Under the pieces are notes generated by a model that did not search any database, was not told the DNA's origin, and was given only the letters and a program-made list of their open reading frames with translations. The position numbers were made by a program, and so were the translations under genes. Below are positions 37,802 to 47,969 of a DNA stretch of 64,000 nt, piece after piece. Numbering within the stretch: position 1 is the stretch's first letter; every line of letters starts with the position of its first letter. This DNA comes from an uncultured virus (IMG/VR IMGVR_UViG_3300048691_000212) (lineage: Duplodnaviria > Heunggongvirae > Uroviricota > Caudoviricetes), in IMG/VR virus record IMGVR_UViG_3300048691_000212; one strand, 5' to 3'.

Positions 37802-39154
37802 TTATAAACCTCTAATTGTTGACTTGATAAGAATAAGAATAATTGGGATATAGTAGAATTTCTCTAGTCCGCCAAAATGTTTATATTTCTTTATAACTAA
37901 AAGTAATTTAGAAATATCAACAGCCTTGTTGTCTAAATAATCAGATACTAAAATTTCCAACAAAGACTTGTTGTTTGTGTCTTCGTAAAAAGCTTTACTC
38001 AGGACGTAGAAATCATCTATGTTTATTTGATGAGTAATTACAGGTAATGTATCTTCTAATGTATCAGGAACAATATTTTGTAAGTTACCACCTGATGTTG
38101 AGACTACGTTAAAGTTTAAGTCTTCAGTAGTAAAGGGTTGAGGATCGCCCCCGCTCACCATTGAAATATCAGGTGTTTTTGGATAAACCACCCGTGCTGC
38201 TCCGGAATAAGTTATTCCTGACATTAAAGGATCTTTAGCAAAGTTTGCTGTACTCACTAAACCCATTTTTACATTAGCGTTAATAAGAAGGTCTTTATCT
38301 CTTCTTATTAACGCTTCAAACAATTGTGGCTGTTTAATGTAGTAACCGTTACTAACATCAAATCTTCTTACGTAAATAAACTCAGGCGCATCTCTTGATG
38401 TTAAAATACCGAGAATACAGCTGGTTACATAATGGTCATAAGTCTTAGACGTTTGACCAGGCACTAGTAAAGAATTAACTTCCTTATTAAAGAACCAAGA
38501 AAAATAATCTTTAGTTAGCTCTTTAAACTTTTGACCCAATTCTTCTATCTGGTCTACCTCTTCTTTTATTAAAAGAGGATTTTGTCCATGTTGAAGAAAA
38601 TCTTTTCTAAAATGCAGTACCCTGATAGATTTATTATCTAAATCGCCTCTTCTTTGTTTATCAGCATCAGAATAGTAAACAAGTACGTATTCTATCTGGT
38701 AAACAGTTTCTCTGAGAAAGCTTTTTCGCTCAGTACTTTTAATAATAAATATACCTTCACGACCGTCACCTACGTCTGCTGCAAACATATCTCCTTCATT
38801 AGGAATGAGAAAAGGATAAACTGTAGCCGAACCTGTTACAGTAATTCTTTTTGTTTGCTGGTCTTGACTTTGTGATAACGGACTTACAACTTTTAACTCT
38901 AGTCCTTTAATATTAGAGTATTGCTGGTAGATAGCACTTTGGCCAACATCTTGACTTCTTAGATCATTATCTTTATTAACTACCTGGCTATAGTAATCAA
39001 CAGTCCAGGAAGCTCCTGAAACATATGTAATCAAAGAAGACAAAGGTGTGTATTTTGTATCTACAACAATTCCGTTTTCTTCTTTTGTTGCTACCTTAAC
39101 AATGTTTGGTTTTAAAGTACTTGGTGCCGTTGGGGCTGATGTTGCAATTGGCAT
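37802..39154 (-). CDS. virion structural protein (phiKZ gp99-like by synteny)
   Basis: G.SWTVDYYSQ, PNEGDMF.AD.GDG and EKFYYIP. Confidence 0.6.
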   Translation of the reverse strand: MPIATSAPTAPSTLKPNIVKVATKEENGIVVDTKYTPLSSLITYVSGASWTVDYYSQVVNKDNDLRSQDVGQSAIYQQYSNIKGLELKVVSPLSQSQDQQTKRITVTGSATVYPFLIPNEGDMFAADVGDGREGIFIIKSTERKSFLRETVYQIEYVLVYYSDADKQRRGDLDNKSIRVLHFRKDFLQHGQNPLLIKEEVDQIEELGQKFKELTKDYFSWFFNKEVNSLLVPGQTSKTYDHYVTSCILGILTSRDAPEFIYVRRFDVSNGYYIKQPQLFEALIRRDKDLLINANVKMGLVSTANFAKDPLMSGITYSGAARVVYPKTPDISMVSGGDPQPFTTEDLNFNVVSTSGGNLQNIVPDTLEDTLPVITHQINIDDFYVLSKAFYEDTNNKSLLEILVSDYLDNKAVDISKLLLVIKKYKHFGGLEKFYYIPIILILIKSTIRGL

Positions 39155-39163
39155 GGTTGTCCT

Positions 39164-40696
39164 TTAGTTAATACGACGAAGAGCCATGACACTACCTACC
39201 TGAACAGTACGGGTAAGTATTTGTCTACCAGGACTACCTCGGCCATAAATGTGACGCTCTATATCTTCTTTGGTTATTTGTCTTTTGTTACCAAGATCAG
39301 CAAAGCCAGGGTTATTAGCAAGGGACTCGTTAATAGCTGAAAATATTTTTACAAAAGCTTTGGGGTAGTTCTTTAGTCTCAGTAAAGATTCAGGTCTTAG
39401 GTAGGAAATATCAGCCACTAAAGAAAATCTAATTCGGTGTGTATCTCTAAGACTTAAATCTTTGACAGAGAGAATATCTAAGCCAGCACTACAGTCTATC
39501 ACTGAATGCTCCATTAAATTACCAAACTTATACAAACTTATATTGAGAATTGATTGATAAGGTTTTGTAATATATCTATATTCAACGGCTTCTATAAAGT
39601 CCAGGATACTTTGGTCAATACTTGCATCACCTGTGTCTCTTAAATTAAGAAGGTTTCTCTTATCATTGGTGGATAATTGACACAACGCATTAAAAATACT
39701 AACAGTTCCGCTCTGGATACTACCAGGCATAAACTCATCAAAACTAGGAATAGTGATTGTCTGGTAAGGGTTTAGATACCTTCTAACTTGATTAGAAGAA
39801 TCAAAACTATTCAAAGCGTTGAAAGACTTAGAATAACTAGGTAATTGCTCATCTAAGTTGTAAGCTTGCTCTGCTGGTCTAAAGTCTGTTGTTAAAACAG
39901 AGTTATGAACCATGACAGGATAGCGAAGATTACAAGCTATTGGTTTATCAAAGAAGAAATTGTAAGTAAAACTACCTACCCAGCAATCTGAATTATCTTC
40001 AGCAGTAATCTTTTCAGGTACAGCTTGAAAATCAAACAGACCCTGTATTCTCATTTGGGTCTCAGCTATTGCTGGTTCTACCAAGCTACCCGATAGGTTA
40101 GTAACAAAAGTTAATCTCTCAGTAGAGTTTGTTCTGAGATACTCGTCAAACGATTCGCCGTAGCCTTCTTGTGTTTCTCGTAGTCTGTGTATTTCACGCA
40201 GCACTCTAATTAAGTCACTAGGCACGATATAGTGATACTTAACTGTGTGTAGATTAATATCTCTCCCACCGGAGGTACGCATACGAATATCGTCACGCCA
40301 TCTAAGCGCCATACTCTTACTAGTGGCATTAAATTTAAAAGTAATTGATACTTCATCCTTAGAATAAATAGGACGTAAATAAATTCCTAACTTAGGATCA
40401 GCAAAAATAGGGACATATTCATCGCCTGTCATTGGGGATGAAGACATGTTGGTTACATCATAATCTTCAGCTACCTCAATGAATATTTTATCACTGTTTG
40501 GAAATAACTGAGAGTCTGAATTCTCCTCACCTATAGTACTTCCTATTTGTGCTACTTTGTCAATATCGTCAGGATACAGAATAGGTACTGTAGACGGTAT
40601 TTTGGTAATGGACATGAGTTGTCTCACGACATCTAAAATGACAGGCCTCATTACACTTTGCTTTGTCTCAGTAACTACTGTGCTGATATTTGGCAT
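39164..40696 (-). CDS. virion structural protein (phiKZ gp98-like by synteny)
   Basis: synteny; start set to MPNIST because the track start is inside a hairpin. Confidence 0.6.
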   Translation of the reverse strand: MPNISTVVTETKQSVMRPVILDVVRQLMSITKIPSTVPILYPDDIDKVAQIGSTIGEENSDSQLFPNSDKIFIEVAEDYDVTNMSSSPMTGDEYVPIFADPKLGIYLRPIYSKDEVSITFKFNATSKSMALRWRDDIRMRTSGGRDINLHTVKYHYIVPSDLIRVLREIHRLRETQEGYGESFDEYLRTNSTERLTFVTNLSGSLVEPAIAETQMRIQGLFDFQAVPEKITAEDNSDCWVGSFTYNFFFDKPIACNLRYPVMVHNSVLTTDFRPAEQAYNLDEQLPSYSKSFNALNSFDSSNQVRRYLNPYQTITIPSFDEFMPGSIQSGTVSIFNALCQLSTNDKRNLLNLRDTGDASIDQSILDFIEAVEYRYITKPYQSILNISLYKFGNLMEHSVIDCSAGLDILSVKDLSLRDTHRIRFSLVADISYLRPESLLRLKNYPKAFVKIFSAINESLANNPGFADLGNKRQITKEDIERHIYGRGSPGRQILTRTVQVGSVMALRRIN

Positions 40697-40743
40697 ATAT
40701 TTTCCTGCAATTTTTAATGAATTCCTTAACACATGATAAAAAG

Positions 40744-40792
40744 CATATACTCCCACCAAACAGGCTAATGCCTTGTTTGGTGGGAGTATATG
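40744..40792 (-). terminator. 19-bp hairpin
   Basis: catatactcccaccaaaca/tgtttggtgggagtatatg. Confidence 0.8.
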
Positions 40793-40856
40793 TAGAACTA
40801 ATCAGTTAGAAGAATGTGTGATGTTCTTTACCGAATCTTTAGGTCTTTCTCGTTTG

Positions 40857-42242
40857 TTAAAATAAAGGTTTGGTTTTAGATACGTTGTATGTACCTTCAG
40901 GTTTGAAACTTGAAGTAGTTTCTAATAAATCTTTTAAAGAAATTACATAATAAATAAAATACTCGGCTAAAGCCAAAGAGATATTATTATTTACTTTATA
41001 TAAATTATCTATATCACCAACATATGTTTGAACATATTGGCGATATTCATTTTCAACTGAGGCATCAAGTTTATTTGGCTTCAGTGAATCAAAACAAGAA
41101 TCAATAAAACCATTTCTCTGAATAGCATTATTTGCAGTAGATTCGCAACCAATGGCTGATATTTGAAAGAATTTTAATACATCAGAAATTAATTTTTCTG
41201 TACTAAAAATAATCTCTTGCAAACCAGTATTAGTTACATTTTCGATAACTGTCTCTTCGCTAGTTTTCTCAATTGGTTTTGAATCACAAATAAAAGAAAA
41301 ACTACGGATAACGTCTGAGCGTAATAAAAACTGCTCCATGTTTAAATCTGGTGTTGTTTTTAATTGTTTTAAAAACACACCAAACTTAGTGTTATTCGGT
41401 AAAGGAATAGTAGATAAACATTCTTTTCCATCATCAACAGTTTTTACTAAATCTGAAGGAAGGAACACCTCGTTCCATATAGTTAACAAATCTTTATAAA
41501 TAGCAAGATTGGTGGCTTTGATAAAATTAATAGCATCGATTGGATTGCTAATCTTTTCATTCGGCGTAGCTGTTTTAATTGTTTGTTCAACAGCTTCCCT
41601 TGTTTTTAAAGCAATTTTACTAAAAGATACGAGATGTCTATTAGCTAATTTGATCTGATTCAACAAATCACCTTGTGTTTTTACCTTACCTAAAACAGTA
41701 CTAAGAATACTATCGTCCGCAAGTTTTAAAGTTAAAGTTCTGGGGTTGTCGTCCGTGCTTTTATCAGGTATGGGGAACTTATGGTAAAAAACATTAAAGG
41801 GGTGTTTGTAGTCTAAGAACTGTTTATTTAAATTTCTATAATAAACCGCATGCTCGCTAGACTGGGTAAGAATATTCTTCAAGAAATAATTAAGAATTAA
41901 GCATACTCTATCAGCAATACTCTCTAAACCTGCTTTAGAAAATACTTTGGTTTTATAACTTTCAATACCGGGAATGAAGTTATTAGGAGATAATCCGGTA
42001 CCAGCAACGGCTAAGTTACTTGCCGTCATAACTAAAGAGACATCCGTTACTGTGGGTTCAGGTATTCTTCCAATCACCACATGAAGATCATCTAACGCAA
42101 TAGTGACATCAGCTGCTTTAAGTAGTTCTTTATCTGTGTTAGAAATTTTACTTCTAGCTTCTAGACTTTGAATAGAATTTTCCAAACTATCAGACATAGA
42201 AGAATAACCACAATCTTCTTCGGCTTTAATAAGCTTACCCAT
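40857..42242 (-). CDS. internal head protein paralogue
   Basis: A.NLAVAGT shared with 42246-43376; SLE, GIE-S and GLE-S cleavage-like sites. Confidence 0.6.
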   Translation of the reverse strand: MGKLIKAEEDCGYSSMSDSLENSIQSLEARSKISNTDKELLKAADVTIALDDLHVVIGRIPEPTVTDVSLVMTASNLAVAGTGLSPNNFIPGIESYKTKVFSKAGLESIADRVCLILNYFLKNILTQSSEHAVYYRNLNKQFLDYKHPFNVFYHKFPIPDKSTDDNPRTLTLKLADDSILSTVLGKVKTQGDLLNQIKLANRHLVSFSKIALKTREAVEQTIKTATPNEKISNPIDAINFIKATNLAIYKDLLTIWNEVFLPSDLVKTVDDGKECLSTIPLPNNTKFGVFLKQLKTTPDLNMEQFLLRSDVIRSFSFICDSKPIEKTSEETVIENVTNTGLQEIIFSTEKLISDVLKFFQISAIGCESTANNAIQRNGFIDSCFDSLKPNKLDASVENEYRQYVQTYVGDIDNLYKVNNNISLALAEYFIYYVISLKDLLETTSSFKPEGTYNVSKTKPLF

Positions 42243-42245
42243 TTA

Positions 42246-43376
42246 TTAACCCTCGTTTATTTGTTCTTCAAATACTAAACTGTTTAAAAAGTCAGTAAGC
42301 GCATAAATGTATCTTGATAAATACATAATAAAACCTAACTCCTCATTAACACCGTTACAGACTTTAGTAAATAAATCTGTATATTCGTAAATAAGATTAT
42401 TCAAAACTTCGCTTGTCCCAAGAAGATTCTGAATACTATTTTTAAAGAATTCAACACCTGTGTTATTATTAGAAGCTAAGAAATCAATAATAGCAACCTG
42501 ACTCATTTTAAGCAATGCTAAGCTATCCACTCCTAAAGAATGAAAACCTTCGATATTAGTTTCAGTTAACGTTACTTCAAACTTAACATTTTCTTGATTA
42601 GTTCTTTTAACCAAAACCAAATTATCTTCACCATCTACTCTGGGGGTATAATTAGTCCCAATAGAGATATCTGTGATCAAAGTATCTTTACTTCTAGAAA
42701 TAAAATTAACACCAGCGTTTAATTCTTCTTTAGCTACCAAGATAGAATTAGTAGAAAAATTAGCAAACCCACTATTGATAACAGATTGTACATTATTAAA
42801 AGTAGAGACTGTGTAATCTCTTAATCTAGTTTCTAAACACTTTATAGTTTTATTCGTATTAACTAAAAGATCTGAAGTATAAACAATTTGTTTATTTGTA
42901 CCATGTAGCATAACAGGTAATTTAACAATCAAAGTCTTTCTAACTAATTCTGGATCAGGATTAGAGAGTTTTTCTATTAGCTGAACCAGATTAGTTTTTT
43001 GATTACTAAGTAACAAATTTAATTCGTTAGCTTGTTTAGTTAACTTTTCCCAAGTTGAAATAAAACTCTCTGCTGTTTTAATAATCTCTTCACTGGAAGT
43101 AGTCTTTAAAGACTCTGTGCTAATCTTAGTTCCGATATAAGAACTGGCATTATTTGTTGTGCCAGCAACAGCTAGGTTACCAGCAATTTTAATCAATGCT
43201 TTTTGCTCTGGGGTTATTTGGGTTACCTGGCCAGTAATGATAGACAAATCTTCCATAGACCTAGCTATGTCAAAAGACTTTGCTATACCACTTAAGTCTT
43301 CTTTAATTTCTTCTTTAGCCGCGTAGGCCTTTATCAAATTTACTTGATAAATATTATCTTTGTTAGTTGTAATCAT
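42246..43376 (-). CDS. internal head protein paralogue
   Basis: AGNLAVAGT; SME and STE-S sites. Confidence 0.6.
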   Translation of the reverse strand: MITTNKDNIYQVNLIKAYAAKEEIKEDLSGIAKSFDIARSMEDLSIITGQVTQITPEQKALIKIAGNLAVAGTTNNASSYIGTKISTESLKTTSSEEIIKTAESFISTWEKLTKQANELNLLLSNQKTNLVQLIEKLSNPDPELVRKTLIVKLPVMLHGTNKQIVYTSDLLVNTNKTIKCLETRLRDYTVSTFNNVQSVINSGFANFSTNSILVAKEELNAGVNFISRSKDTLITDISIGTNYTPRVDGEDNLVLVKRTNQENVKFEVTLTETNIEGFHSLGVDSLALLKMSQVAIIDFLASNNNTGVEFFKNSIQNLLGTSEVLNNLIYEYTDLFTKVCNGVNEELGFIMYLSRYIYALTDFLNSLVFEEQINEG

Positions 43377-43417
43377 AATAGCCTTTTGTGAATCATAACA
43401 TTTACGTCAAGACAACA

Positions 43418-43462
43418 TATTCCCCACTCTACCAAACAACTAAGTAGGTAGAGTGGGGAATA
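43418..43462 (-). terminator. 16-bp hairpin
   Basis: tattccccactctacc/ggtagagtggggaata; TATG on minus. Confidence 0.8.
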
Positions 43463-43476
43463 GTTATTTAACTAAC

Positions 43477-44844
43477 TTATTTATCGCCGTAGGCACTGAT
43501 AGAAGCACCAACGTAATCCAGAACACGTTTACCAGTAGTAACACCGCGACCATTAATAACGGTAACAATGGAGTTACTGTATTTGTTAATGTTAATCAAC
43601 GCCTTACGAATAGCAATTTCTCGAGCCTTAACACCGGCATCTTTGTTGCCAACCAATGCCTTGCCTACCGTACCTGCGTCCTTAGCATTATCAACTAAAG
43701 ATTTGGCGCTAGTAGAAACTTTTTCGATGGCCGCGTCAAACTTATTACGCAGACCGACAATTTCTTCAGCTACAGGTTTAGTGGCTTCAATAGCTTTAAC
43801 AATATCCAAAGTTGTATTGATCAGATCTTTCATCTGGTCAGTTGACAAGGTTGCCATCTTTTCAACTGGAGTCACTTTACCTGGTGCAGGCATGACTTGT
43901 AATTTCAGTCTAGAAATCAGCTCAAACGTATTAATACCAGCACTGCCTTTACCGAATGTTTGAGCAAACACAACACCGCCCGACAGTTCTTCTGAAACCG
44001 CTTCTTCTGCGCCACTTTCAGAATTATTTACCGTAGCTTTCTTTACGAAAGCCGCTGTCTTCGAAATAGTTACTTTTGCTTTATCAAAATTATCTTCGCT
44101 ATCGACAAAACCCGTCAGATCGGTAAAACCAACCATCATTGCTTTAGACTCAGCTGCCAAGGCTTTAGAACCCTGCACGCACGCTAAAAGCTTTTTGAAT
44201 GCATTCGAAATAATTTCAGGAGTAGCACCTTTAGTTGTGGCAATATGTGAACCAAAGCTAGAGGCAGAAACTTCTTTATCGGTAATTTTCTTTTTACCCA
44301 GAGCTTCAACTGCTGCTTTTAATTTCTCAGCTCGCTGACCCAAAGCCTTAACGCCGTCCGTCAATTTAATCCAGAAGGACTTAATCCAATCGCTGACCTT
44401 TTTGAAAGCATTTTTAATAGCATCCCAGATGGTTTTCAAAAACTTAGGAAGTTCTTCCATGGCCAAACGAGTGGCTTGAACACGATTACTTTTGGCGCCA
44501 AAACTTTCCAGTGCGGGCATGGTCATCTTACGGCTCATGCCCAGACGATTACGGATGCTTTCAATAGCAACTTCAACCACTTGTGCAGCAGTCTCATCCA
44601 TGCCGCCGTTTTCCAGCGAACCTTCCATGATGTCTTGATGGGCTTCTAATTCATCAGAAGCTTGCACGCCGTCATCAATGTTTTGCAGTTCAGCATCAAC
44701 AGAACCTTCAGCTTCGACCATGTCGCCTACGTGGGTTTCCAGATTGTCACCGTCTTCGATCACGCCTTCAACTTGCACAGCTTCAACTTCAGCCAGAGCT
44801 TGTTCTTCTTCAAATGCAGCAACCAGTCCAATATTACGAGCCAT
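43477..44844 (-). CDS. major internal head protein (phiKZ gp93-family-like) with acidic propeptide
   Basis: acidic N-terminus, SLENGGM, PALESFG, LAME then the amphipathic W..IK.AF....WI..F helix. Confidence 0.7.
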   Translation of the reverse strand: MARNIGLVAAFEEEQALAEVEAVQVEGVIEDGDNLETHVGDMVEAEGSVDAELQNIDDGVQASDELEAHQDIMEGSLENGGMDETAAQVVEVAIESIRNRLGMSRKMTMPALESFGAKSNRVQATRLAMEELPKFLKTIWDAIKNAFKKVSDWIKSFWIKLTDGVKALGQRAEKLKAAVEALGKKKITDKEVSASSFGSHIATTKGATPEIISNAFKKLLACVQGSKALAAESKAMMVGFTDLTGFVDSEDNFDKAKVTISKTAAFVKKATVNNSESGAEEAVSEELSGGVVFAQTFGKGSAGINTFELISRLKLQVMPAPGKVTPVEKMATLSTDQMKDLINTTLDIVKAIEATKPVAEEIVGLRNKFDAAIEKVSTSAKSLVDNAKDAGTVGKALVGNKDAGVKAREIAIRKALININKYSNSIVTVINGRGVTTGKRVLDYVGASISAYGDK

Positions 44845-44903
44845 TTTATTTTCCTTCAAGGATAAGTATTTAAAAAACGTTTTTTAAGGGCTAACCCTCA
44901 AAC

Positions 44904-44913
44904 TATAATAAGT
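44904..44913 (-). promoter_or_regulatory. candidate promoter ACTTATTATA
   Basis: same core as 14403 and 60912, about 60 nt upstream of the head-protein gene. Confidence 0.4.
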
Positions 44914-44952
44914 ATACTTTATATACTTAATTGTTTCTTATATTAAGAATGA

Positions 44953-46404
44953 TCAAGCATTCCCATATAGATTAGGTTTTGTACTTTGATACAAATACAA
45001 AATAGTAGATTCCACAATCTTACAAGTTAAAGTAACTGTATGAATCATGGGTTGTTGTAAAAGATAAAAATAATTATCCATCACACCACCAACAGCCGAA
45101 ACTGCAACTCGGTATCTATGTTTATAGACAGCGTCACTAGCTGCGTTAATAACTGTTGTTGCAACAGCAGGAAGGTGACCTGGATTTAAAGCTGGGGCAG
45201 AGATAACACTATCAGCTATTTTTTCAATTAAGTAATCAGACTTCTGAATTGTTTTAGCTAAGAATTCAAATTTCTTTAGCACTGCTGTAATCTTGTCTAA
45301 ATATTTCTTGATATTTTCTTTAGACTGATACATTATTCCATCACCCAATCTTGGGTCTGGATTAGAACTAAAATGAATATTAGCATCACCTGTACCGGAA
45401 TGCACAACACTGTCATCACCAGGTACGGCTAAAGGACAAGTAAAAACCATCTTTAATTCAGCTGGTAAATGGTCTTCAGTTTCATAAGTAGCAAACATAC
45501 CTGAATGGTCTTTTACTACTTTAAACTTTAAAGAGAAATATTCATCAGGTTTAAAGATAGGTGTACGAAGCTTAGAAATTTTCTCAGTATCTAGCTTGTT
45601 CTTAGCGATAGCATTAACATAAGACATAATCTCTGTTAACTTTTGCGGTAAACCATAGCCCATAGAAGTATTGATTTTGTCACAAAACTCTAAAGCTTTG
45701 TCAATATTTAATTCACCATCGATACAAATATGTGTAAGAGCTTTTCTGTTTTTAAAGATACCTGTGTGTTCCTTGTCACCCATTTCAGCCAAAGATTTAT
45801 AAGCTGCTTTTAATTTGCCTTGGGTACCGCGCAGACTAAAAATAAAAGAATTCAAGAATTTCTTAATGCGTTTAGCACCACTAGAAATAGCACCTACAAT
45901 CGAAGTCATGATTCTATCAAGAATACCGTCTACTTCTTCAAGAGCAACTTGTGTACTGCGTTGTCTTTGTGACACGCCACCAAAACTTTCAACACCGATC
46001 TTAGCTTTAAACGGGCTTTGCATACCAACTGTTTTAGCAATGCTCTCAATGGAAGTAATCATAGACCCAGCTGAGGCGCCTGTAAGGCCTCCACGGTCTT
46101 TACTTCTTTCAATGATATCACTGTAAGCATTGATAGCTTTAAACGCTTCCACGGCCGTTGAGAAGCTTTCAATAAAACAATCTTCTGCGTCTTGTTGTTC
46201 GGTATACTCAACAGAACCAAAAACAGGAGCTTCTTCTGAAGGTTCTTCTAATTCAAAAACACCATCGCAAGACAATTCAACTGCATTCATAGCAACGGGT
46301 TCAGGCTCACTAAGGCCCATCGTTACTACTTCTATTTGTTCTGTTGTCTCAACTTGGTCAGGAAGATTCTCTAGAGATCTTCTAATGTTAAAACGTTTAT
46401 TCAT
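44953..46404 (-). CDS. internal head protein paralogue
   Basis: GGL...SIES...GVESFGG...VALEE aligns with 43477-44844. Confidence 0.65.
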   Translation of the reverse strand: MNKRFNIRRSLENLPDQVETTEQIEVVTMGLSEPEPVAMNAVELSCDGVFELEEPSEEAPVFGSVEYTEQQDAEDCFIESFSTAVEAFKAINAYSDIIERSKDRGGLTGASAGSMITSIESIAKTVGMQSPFKAKIGVESFGGVSQRQRSTQVALEEVDGILDRIMTSIVGAISSGAKRIKKFLNSFIFSLRGTQGKLKAAYKSLAEMGDKEHTGIFKNRKALTHICIDGELNIDKALEFCDKINTSMGYGLPQKLTEIMSYVNAIAKNKLDTEKISKLRTPIFKPDEYFSLKFKVVKDHSGMFATYETEDHLPAELKMVFTCPLAVPGDDSVVHSGTGDANIHFSSNPDPRLGDGIMYQSKENIKKYLDKITAVLKKFEFLAKTIQKSDYLIEKIADSVISAPALNPGHLPAVATTVINAASDAVYKHRYRVAVSAVGGVMDNYFYLLQQPMIHTVTLTCKIVESTILYLYQSTKPNLYGNA

Positions 46405-46419
46405 TTTTAAAACCTCTAA

Positions 46420-47007
46420 TTAAATATCACCAAAGAATATTGCTAAGGTATTGAGTAGGTCTGAAAAACCACCCTCATAGCTAACCCAAGTATTAATAAA
46501 AGGTAGTAAGTTAGACTCTTTGATAGCATAAGGTTGCTTTTCGTCTAGTCTAAAGAACTCTCTCATTTTGTAAACTGATTTACTATTGTCACCAGGGCTA
46601 CCAATAGCTACAATATTTCTCCAGCTCTGAACGTTTACGCCGCGAACACCAGTGTCTAAGTATCCAAACGTATCATTCATAAACTTAACATGAGTTGCTG
46701 AAAAATACGGATTAGAAACTTGCAACTCGCACCATTGCTGAAAGTTGTTAGTGCCAAAAGCATTCAGAGCTGCTTTTAAAATACGCTCTCTAAAATCAAA
46801 TGAAGAAATGCGACCAGCGCCGCTTACATACTCTCTCCATAAAGTAGATACTTCGGGATTAAAAGGATTGTTGACCTGATTATCATCAGTTGGTCTATTG
46901 TAAACAATATTTTTTACAAGGTCAGCATAATCCATTTGTTTAGGAACAACGGCACTTTGCCCATTGTCGAAACCAATGAAACCGCGAGGATAAACTATAA
47001 GGTTCAA
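46420..47007 (-). CDS. conserved phiKZ-like hypothetical/virion protein (gp91-like by synteny)
   Basis: YPRGF, NPF, AFG...F..W and W.S..GG..DL..TL. Confidence 0.55.
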   Translation of the reverse strand: MNLIVYPRGFIGFDNGQSAVVPKQMDYADLVKNIVYNRPTDDNQVNNPFNPEVSTLWREYVSGAGRISSFDFRERILKAALNAFGTNNFQQWCELQVSNPYFSATHVKFMNDTFGYLDTGVRGVNVQSWRNIVAIGSPGDNSKSVYKMREFFRLDEKQPYAIKESNLLPFINTWVSYEGGFSDLLNTLAIFFGDI

Positions 47008-47906
47008 GATACACCTTCTTCCGTTTTCTTCAGTGCGTAGGTGAGTTTATCGACACGACCTTGGGTAACTTCAATCTCGCGCTCTAACTGGGCTGAGGGG
47101 TTTTGTTCTAATTGCATATTCAAGTTAAGCAAACGAAGTTCTAAAACCTTCTTTAGTTCTTGACGTTGCTTATAACGACCAACTTGCATCTCTGCAATGT
47201 TCAGACGAATCATGTAAATTGGATTACCAATACTAGCACCAAAACCACAGATCAGAAGAGGATCTAGTTTAGCTTCACCAAATGTTCCACCAATAACATT
47301 TGCGTTGTTAGCATTAAGCAAAACATCGGGCATATTGTCTAATGTACGTTTAAGCTTTTCTTTGTCAATAGACATGTACTTCATGAAAGTACAAAACAGT
47401 ACAAAATTTTCTTGTATGTATTGTTCTTCAGCAGGCACAATATTGTCTTTTACATAAGACTCATCGCCTTTAGCCTCAGCTGTTTCGTGAATATAAATAT
47501 AATTCAAGAATCTAGTAGCGTAGTCAGACAAGAAAGCAGTAACTTCCAAGATACGAATCAAGTTACCCTTCAAGCACCCCATACCTTCCGTAATAACAGC
47601 ATCTTCAAAAACAGATTCAATTTTTTCCCGGACAATAGATTGGTGATCTAAAAGCTTTGACAGAAAACGACTGATACTAAGAACAATATTATTTTTAGCA
47701 GGGCTTTCTGTAATTCTGTTGAACACAGGAACCAAATCTTTAATCTTCTTTGATCTAAAAACAAAAGAAGTAAAAACTTTTTCGGCTTCCTTATAAGTAG
47801 GGATGCTACTATTCTCAACAGAAGAATAAGTAACCCGTGCATCTTCAGTAATGCGGCTTTTCTCAAAACTAGGCAAGAGCGAACGGAAGTAGTCAATAAT
47901 TTTCAT
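47004..47906 (-). CDS. internal head protein (phiKZ gp90-like by synteny)
   Basis: LLPSFEK at the N-terminus; GNPIY.IR...AE.Q..RY...ELRLL coiled-coil C-terminus. Confidence 0.6.
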   Translation of the reverse strand: MKIIDYFRSLLPSFEKSRITEDARVTYSSVENSSIPTYKEAEKVFTSFVFRSKKIKDLVPVFNRITESPAKNNIVLSISRFLSKLLDHQSIVREKIESVFEDAVITEGMGCLKGNLIRILEVTAFLSDYATRFLNYIYIHETAEAKGDESYVKDNIVPAEEQYIQENFVLFCTFMKYMSIDKEKLKRTLDNMPDVLLNANNANVIGGTFGEAKLDPLLICGFGASIGNPIYMIRLNIAEMQVGRYKQRQELKKVLELRLLNLNMQLEQNPSAQLEREIEVTQGRVDKLTYALKKTEEGVS

Positions 47907-47934
47907 GATTTAAATTCTTTTGTTAGTTTAGACG

Positions 47935-47966
47935 TATTAAAAGGAGCCAGAAGGCTCCTTTTAATA
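47935..47966 (-). terminator. 14-bp hairpin
   Basis: tattaaaaggagcc-agaa-ggctccttttaata. Confidence 0.75.
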
Positions 47967-47969
47967 TAT

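Noticed and set aside
47648..47896. Nested same-strand ORFs here and at 59721-60011
   Set aside because: They overlap better-supported genes and have no independent evidence.
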